This document shows positions 53,588-64,000 of a stretch of DNA of 64,000 nt, one piece after another. Position 1 is the stretch's first letter, and each line of letters opens with the position of its first letter. Source of the DNA: Eledone cirrhosa. Its lineage: Eukaryota. A program made the translations under genes and the position numbers. The notes below the pieces were generated by a model, which saw nothing but the letters and a program-made list of their open reading frames with translations, was not told the origin of the DNA and ran no database searches. The stretch lies in contig OZ024740.1 of NCBI GenBank assembly GCA_964016885.1, positions 212,908,001-212,972,000 on the forward strand, read 5' to 3'.

Positions 53588-56500
53588 AGACGTGTGTAAC
53601 TTCGCGGAGAAGTTTCCGTTAATTTATGTAAGAAAAAAACGTGAGTTTTTAGTTAAATTTTATATCATTGTGTAACTTGACCACCCGTCTGAACTTTCAG
53701 GTGGTGGGTCAACTCATTTTCGCCCCTATAGGGGCGGAATATCCATTTAAAAAATTTTTCTCCATCGAATCTTGGAAAAAATATTGTAAAATTTTGATTA
53801 CGTTATGAACGCTGCGTGCAACGATAATGGTGGTGGAGAGGCGGTAAGACTACAAAGCTCGCAGTCAACAACTTCTTCTTCACTAGATACTATAGAGATG
53901 GAAAGACAGAATGAAAATGTAAAAACGAATTCATATTCAAACAACACATATGACACCAAACAGTTCAATGACAACAAAAATAACAGCAACACCAATAATG
54001 ATGATAAAAGCAACAATGATAACAACAACAATAACAACAATAATGACAACACCACCAATACGGATTCCACAAAGAAACCAAAAATCTGCTTTGCAGAGAA
54101 AGTTCAAAAGAAGGAGAATTGATATATCGCGACATAACAAATGCTGAACAACTTTTAAAGGACGCTAAGAGATATGTCACTTTCGAAAAAAATGGTGCTT
54201 TCAGCATCAATTCTCCGGTAGAAATTCGCAAGGAAACTGCTCTCAAAACGATAGTTTTTAGGACAGTTTCCAATTCTACCCGAAAACCAGCCAATTGTCA
54301 CAGAAAGAAATTGAACTGGTTTTCAAAAATTCAATGAATGATATTGCATTCATTCAAAGAAGCAAACTTTTTGGGAGTATTTCGGTACTCATGAAGGATC
54401 AATTGACGGCCCAAAATTACTCTGTGTCGCCAATTGTATCCAACCTGTACACCTTTTTCCCTACATACATGGGAAAAAGGACACAAAAGATCAGAATCAC
54501 AAGTGTCACACCAAAGGTGAACATATGGTGGATACTGTGCGGCTTCATCAATTTTGATGAGGACAGAATACTGTCAGTAGGAAAGTCCCCCAGAGATGTA
54601 TTCAATGGGACCAGCATTGAAGTTCAGGTGCAAATGAGCCCGGAGCGAATAGCTATGATCCCACAGCGTGTACTCCTGGACGGACTCACCTACATAAACT
54701 TTTCGGTTGAGGATAGGCGGCCTTCATGTTACCATTAGTTTAGCAGGGGTCACCTGAGGGCTTCCTGTCCTAAATTAATGAACCAAAAAAAGGCTCTTCT
54801 GCCGACACCCATCAAAACAACACAACCATCAACACCACCACAACAACAACACCAACACACAAAAATAACCACAACAAACACAGTCCCACCCAACCCCACT
54901 CCACCTAAAACCACTGCCAAATCACATACAGACACAACAGCTCCCCAATCACACAGACGATACAACAGATGAGGCTATCTCGCCATCACCCAGTGAAGAC
55001 GGGGGAGAATCCCATCGCTCGAAAAGAAAGAAAAGACATCACAAAAGCAAAAAACCAGCAAACACTACCACAAACATACAACCACCAACAGAAACAACAA
55101 AAACATCACAAACAAAACCCCCACCTCCTGAAAACAAAATACCTACAACAAAACGAAAGCACACACAAGAACTACAGACAAAAACAAACACAACACAAAA
55201 AAATTACACTTACACTTACATAAACACTGAAAACAAAACACTAATGGAGACCATCACGAACGACCCTTCGGTTTTCACCGAAGGGAAAACTTTCGCCCAC
55301 TCTATTAAAAATAGCAAAAAACTGAACCTAAAACTGATTAGGGTCCCTATACAAACTTATAGGTCCCTAAAAGAAACATTTGAGAAGGATGTGGGGAATT
55401 CCTGCGTGAAACCACTCAACCGCGTCTTTCTCAAATGTCTCACCACCCCAGACACCCCCATCCCACCAGACCCCACCCCACCAAGCATCTGCGTCCCCAC
55501 CCCGCCGGAAACCACCACCCATCCAGACAACCCCTCCAACACCCCCATGGAAATCGTGCGGCCTGGTCCCCAGGAGACGAGGGGTGAGTGATCTCTTTTC
55601 CTCTTTTAACTTTTCCGCACCAACATGGCCAATATAAGAAATGGATGTGTGAACGTACGCGGCCTGGGGATGACCTGGAAACAGGGCAAACTCTTAAACG
55701 ACCTCAGGTCGCACAGTATGGATGTGGTAGCCATTTGCGAGTCCAGGATCCACGGCGAGCGACAGCTGGCCCCCATCTTGGATGACTTTGAGATCTACGC
55801 ATCTCTCTGTCAACCGGCGGTGGGGGCGGAGTTGCCGTTTTGCTGCGGAAACACCTGGGCCTCGTAACACAGACGGTACATCTGGACCCGGAGGGTCGAC
55901 TGGTGGTCCTAGATGTTGACGGTAGTGAAGGTGGAGCCTTCAGGCTGGTGGCTGCATATGCCCCATCCGGGACACCGCGGCCAGACTTCTTCAAACGTCT
56001 AGAGACTTTTCTGGGAACGTCCCGCTCCTTGCTTTTAGTGGGGGACTGGAATGGAATCCTAGATGCACGTTGGGACTATGTGGGAGCATGTCCCGATAAA
56101 GCGGGCTGTAACAGCCTCAAACAGTTAATCGACCGATTTGACCTGGCCGATAGATATCGACTAGATATTCCGACTGCGCCACTGTGGACGTGGAGTAATC
56201 GTAGCGGAACATCTAGATCGTACCTAGATAGGGTTCTAGTTAGAGATAAGGATAGGGACATGTTAAGCTGTCCACAAATGTTCATGGTTGCCTATTCAGA
56301 TCACAAACTAGTGACCTGCATGGCCAACCTTGATAGAAACCATAGACAAGGACCCGGCTACTGGAAGCTGAACTTGTCGTTACCGACAAGCAAAGCCTAC
56401 AGTAGACGGATTAGCACATTAGTTAAACAGCACTTGACAGGGGCCATTGTCAACAACAAATGGTGGTACTCTCTCAAGAGGGCAGTTAGATTAGACTCGA

Positions 56501-59307
56501 TAGTTTTTAGTAAAGAATTAGCGTTAGATAGAAATAGAACCGAGAAGGAACTGGTAGATAAAGTAGAAGAGGCAATTAGAAGTGGCAACGTAGCCAGCGT
56601 GCTAGCAACGAGAACGGCCTTGGACCAGTTCTTCGACGCAAAGCACGAGGGCTGCGTTGTCAGAAGCAAAATACGTGCTCTGGGAAACGAGGGAGCCAAA
56701 GCTGTTAGCTGGGCCCGAGTGATGGAGGCAAAAAGTGGCAACAATCCACGATTCGGTCTTTGAAGGACCAAAACGGACGCGTGATACGTGAGCCGAAGCA
56801 GATGTGTGCGGCTTTTCAGCGGCACTTTGCTCGGCTGTTCGGGGGGAGCGGCGCGCCGGGAGAGGCTATGCATTTTGGTCCATACCTCGACGGCCTACCG
56901 CGACTCTCGGACAGTGAGGCGAAGTTTTGCGAAAAGCCGATTTCAGCCACTGAGATAGGGGACGCGCTGAGCCAATGCGGCAAACGCAAATCTCCAGGTC
57001 TCGACGGTCTACCCTACGAATTTTACGTAGCAATGCCGGACTTATTCTCCGGTCTCCTGGAAGCGGTCTACTGCAACTGGCAACAGAACGGGAGAATTCC
57101 CAGTTCTGTAACTGGGGGCGTGGTCACACTAATCAGGAAGGACGAGAATAAGGGGGATGACATAGGCAACTTCCGGCCCATAGCTCTGCTAAACACAGAG
57201 TTACAGATTTTGGCCAAGGTGTTGGCAAAGAGGCTGGCGCTTGTCGTCGAGAACCTGGTGGGAGAAGCGCAGACATGCGCGATCCCGACCAGGTCCATAC
57301 ACGACAACCTCCACCTCATGCGATACATCATAGAGAGGGTAGGGTGTAAACCCGGCTTCGGTGGGGCCCTGATCAACTTGGATCAGTCTAAGGCTTTCGA
57401 TAGGGTTGACCATCGTTACCTGGATGCGGTGCTCGAGGCGGCAGGCTTCGGACCCTTGTTCAGGGGCTGGATTGCTGCAATGCACAACAGCAACATCTGC
57501 TCAAGGGTCAAGGTGAACGGTTACCTCTCGGAGCCGTTCCATATTATGCGATCCATTCGACAGGGATGCCCTCTCTCCTCCCTTCTGTAAGTACTGACTC
57601 TCGAGCCACTACTGCGGAAGCTGGAGCTATTGCAGGGCATCCCTCTGGAACCGGGACTGCGGAAAGCGGCGTCGGCCTACGCCGACGACGTGACAGTAAT
57701 GGTGTCGATCGCCTCGCAAATCGAGGAAGTCGGCACCTACTAAAGGAATACGAAAGTCTCACAGGAGCGAAGCTGAACCGGGACAAGTCCATCGGTTTGC
57801 AACTCGGATCGTGGAGAGGCAGACCGATGCCTTCCGATGGCGTCGTCGGACGCTGGACGGAAGGACCGGTAAAGCTGCTCGGGGTCTGGTTTGGTCCGGA
57901 CCTCCAGGTGGAGAAGAACTGGAACGAAGTGACGGCCAAGGTATTTTCACTCACCCAGAAGTGGGCCGAGTGCAAACTATCCTTGAAAGGTCGAGCGGAG
58001 GTGGCGAACACTTTTATAGCGTCCGCCATCTACTACCGCTTGACCGTCGTGCCTTGTCCAGCCAAAACGCTCGCCAAAATGGAGCGCGCCCTCTTCCGAT
58101 TCCTTTGGAAGAGGCGGGCTCCTTTGGTAAGAAGATCCATCTGCTGCCAACACCCTTCTAACGGAGGGCTGGGGATGCCGTGGTTGACGATGCGCAAACA
58201 CGCGCTCAGACTGCGGCATCTCTACGTATTCCTCACCGGACAACCGGTGTGGGCCCCGTTCGTGAGGCGAGCCTTCCCACGAATCATCTCGCTGACCGAG
58301 CTGCAGTCCTGGGTCAAACAGAGACCGAGGAAAATGGGCGACTGGCACATCGAATGTGCTCAGGCGCTCACAGCCCTCTGGCAGGCGGACCCGGCGATCA
58401 GTGGAGACTCCACTTCGTCATTCTATAGAGGGTTGGTCCGCAGAAAGTGCGACGACGCGCTCGGTGAAACTCTAGGCGTCGAGGAAGATGAACTGGCCAG
58501 TCTGTTCGGTAGGACCTTCCGCCCGGGACCGATGGACAACTTCCAAAAGTCCCTGGCCTGGCAGTGCTACCGAGGAGCTCTACCAGTTCGAGACAAGCTC
58601 TACAGACATGGGCGCCCGGGAAGGGACCCTGCAAAAAAGATCTGTCCGAGGTGCGTGCGAGACAAAGAAACCGTTGCGCACGCATTCATACACTGCCCGG
58701 GCGTCACTGACCTGTGGGGCTATGTAGAACGACTATTGTCGCCGGTGGGACCAATCCAGTTGACCACCGAGTCCATTGTCATGATCAAACCGCCACCCTC
58801 CTTCAAAAACGAAGGAGAGGCGGTTTTCCTTTGTGTGATAGCTATGGCGAAAGAGGTTGTATGGTGGACAAGGTTGAAAGGGCTGAGGTCAGACACCTTT
58901 CTCTCCGGCCAACAACTGATTCTTTTTTTCAAATACCACTTTGGAAGAAGAATCAGGATGGAGAGAGAGGTGCTGTACCCCAGCAAGTTTTATGAAAGGT
59001 GGGTGAAAGTGGCGAGAATGGCCCGAGTGAATGGGCCTTCTCTCTATATCAGCCTGTAGGTTGAGGAAAAGGAGGAGGAGAGGAAAGGAGTACAAGCTCT
59101 TCGTACTCCTGGAGATGAGGGTTGCACATTTTTTTTCGGGGGTATGTGTTACCCATATAAACTGTCTCCCTCTATTGGGGAAAATCGACTAACTTTTAAA
59201 TTCCATCTGTGATAACATTTTACACGTTTTTATTGTATGTAAACTTCCCCCTTTGTATTTGTCCCCTTCTTTTGTGCCCCTGTGGCTAATAAAGAAATAT
59301 ATCTATC
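53588..59307 (+). mobile_element. Tx1-like LINE array unit D (family C, chimeric), ORF1 53805-55591 and ORF2 55625-59059 both disrupted
   Basis: 5' half matches unit E and 3' half matches unit C, both at offset 5720. Confidence 0.95.
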
Positions 59308-62300
59308 AGACGTGTGTAACTTCGCGGAGAAGTTTCCGTTAATTTATGTAAGAAAAAAACGTGAGTTTTTAGTTAAATTTTATATCATTGTGTAACTTGA
59401 CCACCCGTCTGAACTTTCAGGTGGTGGGTCAACTCATTTTCGCCCCTATAGGGGCGGAATATCCATTTAAAAAATTTTTCTCCATCGAATCTTGGAAAAA
59501 ATATTGTAAAATTTTGATTACGTTATGAACGCTGCGTGCAACGATAATGGTGGTGGAGAGGCGGTAAGACTACAAAGCTCGCAGTCAACAACTTCTTCTT
59601 CACTAGATACTATAGAGATGGAAAGACAGAATGAAAATGTAAAAACGAATTCATATTCAAACAACACATATGACACCAAACAGTTCAATGACAACAAAAA
59701 TAACAGCAACACCAATAATGATGATAAAAGCAACAATGATAACAACAACAATAACAACAATAATGACAACACCACCAATACGGATTCCACAAAGAAACCA
59801 AAAATCTGCTTTGCAGAGAAAGTTCAAAAGAAGGAGAATTGATATATCGCGACATAACAAATGCTGAACAACTTTTAAAGGACGCTAAGAGATATGTCAC
59901 TTTCGAAAAAAATGGTGCTTTCAGCATCAATTCTCCGGTAGAAATTCGCAAGGAAACTGCTCTCAAAACGATAGTTTTTAGGACAGTTTCCAATTCTACC
60001 CGAAAACCAGCCAATTGTCACAGAAAGAAATTGAACTGGTTTTCAAAAATTCAATGAATGATATTGCATTCATTCAAAGAAGCAAACTTTTTGGGAGTAT
60101 TTCGGTACTCATGAAGGATCAATTGACGGCCCAAAATTACTCTGTGTCGCCAATTGTATCCAACCTGTACACCTTTTTCCCTACATACATGGGAAAAAGG
60201 ACACAAAAGATCAGAATCACAAGTGTCACACCAAAGGTGAACATATGGTGGATACTGTGCGGCTTCATCAATTTTGATGAGGACAGAATACTGTCAGTAG
60301 GAAAGTCCCCCAGAGATGTATTCAATGGGACCAGCATTGAAGTTCAGGTGCAAATGAGCCCGGAGCGAATAGCTATGATCCCACAGCGTGTACTCCTGGA
60401 CGGACTCACCTACATAAACTTTTCGGTTGAGGATAGGCGGCCTTCATGTTACCATTAGTTTAGCAGGGGTCACCTGAGGGCTTCCTGTCCTAAATTAATG
60501 AACCAAAAAAAGGCTCTTCTGCCGACACCCATCAAAACAACACAACCACCAACACCACCACAACAACAACACCAACACACAAAAATAACCACAACAAACA
60601 CAGTCCCACCCAACCCCACTCCACCTAAAACCACTGCCAAATCACATACAGACACAACAGCTCCCCAATCACACAGACGATACAACAGATGAGGCTATCT
60701 CGCCATCACCCAGTGAAGACGGGGGAGAATCCCATCGCTCGAAAAGAAAGAAAAGACATCACAAAAGCAAAAAACCAGCAAACACTACCACAAACATACA
60801 ACCACCAACAGAAACAACAAAAACATCACAAACAAAACCCCCACCTCCTGAAAACAAAATACCTACAACAAAACGAAAGCACACACAAGAACTACAGACA
60901 AAAACAAACACAACACAAAAAAATTACACTTACACTTACATAAACACTGAAAACAAAACACTAATGGAGACCATCACGAACGACCCTTCGGTTTTCACCG
61001 AAGGGAAAACTTTCGCCCACTCTATTAAAAATAGCAAAAAACTGAACCTAAAACTGATTAGGGTCCCTATACAAACTTATAGGTCCCTAAAAGAAACATT
61101 TGAGAAGGATGTGGGGAATTCCTGCGTGAAACCACTCAACCGCGTCTTTCTCAAATGTCTCACCACCCCAGACACCCCCATCCCACCAGACCCCACCCCA
61201 CCAAGCATCTGCGTCCCCACCCCGCCGGAAACCACCACCCATCCAGACAACCCCTCCAACACCCCCATGGAAATCGTGCGGCCTGGTCCCCAGGAGACGA
61301 GGGGTGAGTGATCTCTTTTCCTCTTTTAACTTTTCCGCACCAACATGGCCAATATAAGAAATGGATGTGTGAACGTACGCGGCCTGGGGATGACCTGGAA
61401 ACAGGGCAAACTCTTAAACGACCTCAGGTCGCACAGTATGGATGTGGTAGCCATTTGCGAGTCCAGGATCCACGGCGAGCGACAGCTGGCCCCCATCTTG
61501 GATGACTTTGAGATCTACGCATCTCTCTGTCAACCGGCGGTGGGGGCGGAGTTGCCGTTTTGCTGCGGAAACACCTGGGCCTCGTAACACAGACGGTACA
61601 TCTGGACCCGGAGGGTCGACTGGTGGTCCTAGATGTTGACGGTAGTGAAGGTGGAGCCTTCAGGCTGGTGGCTGCATATGCCCCATCCGGGACACCGCGG
61701 CCAGACTTCTTCAAACGTCTAGAGACTTTTCTGGGAACGTCCCGCTCCTTGCTTTTAGTGGGGGACTGGAATGGAATCCTAGATGCACGTTGGGACTATG
61801 TGGGAGCATGTCCCGATAAAGCGGGCTGTAACAGCCTCAAACAGTTAATCGACCGATTTGACCTGGCCGATAGATATCGACTAGATATTCCGACTGCGCC
61901 ACTGTGGACGTGGAGTAATCGTAGCGGAACATCTAGATCGTACCTAGATAGGGTTCTAGTTAGAGATAAGGATAGGGACATGTTAAGCTGTCCACAAATG
62001 TTCATGGTTGCCTATTCAGATCACAAACTAGTGACCTGCATGGCCAACCTTGATAGAAACCATAGACAAGGACCCGGCTACTGGAAGCTGAACTTGTCGT
62101 TACCGACAAGCAAAGCCTACAGTAGACGGATTAGCACATTAGTTAAACAGCACTTGACAGGGGCCATTGTCAACAACAAATGGTGGTACTCTCTCAAGAG
62201 GGCAGTTAGATTAGACTCGATAGTTTTTAGTAAAGAATTAGCGTTAGATAGAAATAGAACCGAGAAGGAACTGGTAGATAAAGTAGAAGAGGCAATTAGA

Positions 62301-64000
62301 AGTGGCAACGTAGCCAGCGTGCTAGCAATGAGAACGGCCTTGGACCAGTTCTTCGACGCAAAGCACGAGGGCTGCGTTGTCAGAAGCAAAATACGTGCTC
62401 TGGGAAACGAGGGAGCCAAAGCTGTTAGCTGGGCCCGAGTGACGGAGGCAAAAAGTGGCAACAAGTCCACGATTCGGTCTTTGAAGGACCAAAACGGACG
62501 CGTGATACTTGAGCCGAAGCAGATGTGTGCGGCTTTTCAGCGGCACTCTGCTCGGCTGTTCGGGGGGAGCGGCGCGCCGGGAGGGGCTATGGATTTCGGT
62601 CCATACCTCGACGGCCTACCGCGACTCTCGGACAGCGAGGCAAAGTTCTGCGAAAAGCCGATTTCAGTCACTGAGATAGGGGACGCGCTAAGCCAATGCG
62701 GCAAACGCAAATCTTCAGGTCTCGACGGTCTACCCTACGAATTTTACGTAGCAATGCCGGACTTATTCTCCGGTCTCCTGGAAGCGGTCTACTGCAACTA
62801 GCAACAGAACGGGAGAATTCCCAGTTCTGTAACCGGGGGCGTGGTCACACTAATCAGGAAGGACGAGAATAAGGGGGATGATATAGGCAACTTCCGGCCC
62901 ATAGCTCTGCTAAACACAGAGTTACAGATTTTGGCCAAGGTGTTGGCAAAGAGGCTGGCGCTTGTCGTCGAGAACCTGGTGGGAGAGGCGCAGACATGCG
63001 CAATCCCGACCAGGTCCATACACGACAACCTCCACCTCATGCGATACATCATAGAGAGGGTAGGGTGTAAACCCGGCTTCGGTGGGGCCCTGATCAACTT
63101 GGATCAGTCTAAGGCTTTCGATAGGGTAGACCATCGTTACCTGGATGCGGTGCTCGAGGCGGCAGGCTTCGGACACGTGTTCAGGGGCTGGATTGCTGCA
63201 ATGCACAACAGCAACATCTGCTCAAGGGTCAAGGTGAACGGCTACCTCTCGGAGAACGTTCCATATTACGCGATCCATTCGACAGGGATGCCCCCTCTCC
63301 TCCCTTCTGTACGTACTGACTATCGAGCCACTACTGCGGAAGCTGGAGCTATTGCAGGGCATCCATCTGGAACCGGGACTGCGGATAGCGGCGTCGGCCT
63401 ACGCCGACGACGTGACAGTAATGGTGTCGAGCGCCTCGCAAATCGAGGATGTCGGCACCTTACTGAAGGAATACGAAAGTCTTACAGGAGCGAAGCTGAA
63501 CCGGGACAAGTCCATCGGTTTGCAACTCGGATCGTGGAGAGGCAAACCGATGCCTTCCGATGGCGTCGTCGGACGCTGGACGGAAGGATCGGTAAAGCTG
63601 CTCGGGGTCTGGTTTGGTCCGGACCTCCAGGTGGAGAAGAACTGGAACGAAGTGACGGCCAAGGTCTTTGCACTCACCCAGAAGTGGGCCGAGTGCAAAC
63701 TATCCTTGAAAGGTCGAGCGGAGGTGGCGAACACTTTTATAGCGTCCGCCATCTACTACCGCTTGACCGTCGTGCCTTGTCCAGCCAAAACGCTCGCCAA
63801 AATGGAACGCGCGTTCTTCCGATTCCTTTGGAAGATTTGGAAGAGGCGGGCTCCTTTGGTGAGAAGATCCATCTGCTGCCAACACCCTTCTAACGGAGGG
63901 CTGGGGATGCCGTGGTTGACGATGCGCAAACACGCGCTCAGGCTGCGGCATCTCTACGTATTCCTCACCGGACAACCGGTGTGGGCCCCGTTCGTGAGGC
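59308..64000 (+). mobile_element. Tx1-like LINE array unit E (family C), truncated by the window end
   Basis: ORF1 59525-61311 and ORF2 from 61345, with its own lesions after ~62.3 kb. Confidence 0.95.

Noticed and set aside
40196-58029. Recurrent antisense ORFs within ORF2
   Set aside because: Expected shadows of GC-rich coding sequence, with no independent motifs
36065-64000. Array as a telomere
   Set aside because: No TTAGGG-type repeats or chromosome end in the window, so the resemblance is architectural only

Overview
Repeat-saturated animal DNA. The SINE family and microsatellite load suggest an octopus/cephalopod, which is an inference. No host gene is supported. Positions 1-36 kb are a mosaic of decayed retroelements: Tx1/L1-like, R4/Dong, CR1, CRE and RTE fragments, several Penelope-like elements (PLEs), tRNA-derived SINEs, a Helitron and simple repeats. 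This part includes a near-complete two-ORF PLE at 24.7-29.1 kb and many minimal hammerhead ribozyme motifs. From ~36.1 kb to the end is an uninterrupted head-to-tail array of five ~5.7-5.9 kb Tx1-like LINEs (three divergent families) joined by (TATC)n tracts. The main observation is that in all three families ORF2 lies between a splice-donor consensus at the ORF1 stop and a pyrimidine-rich YAG that is the ORF2 stop codon. Joining the two sites restores an immediate in-frame ORF1 stop even though the intron phase differs between families, so ORF2 looks like a spliceable intron. Other highlights are covarying 5' and 3' UTR hairpins, a putative -1 frameshift in the PLE, and a chimeric array unit produced by a 5720-bp duplication.
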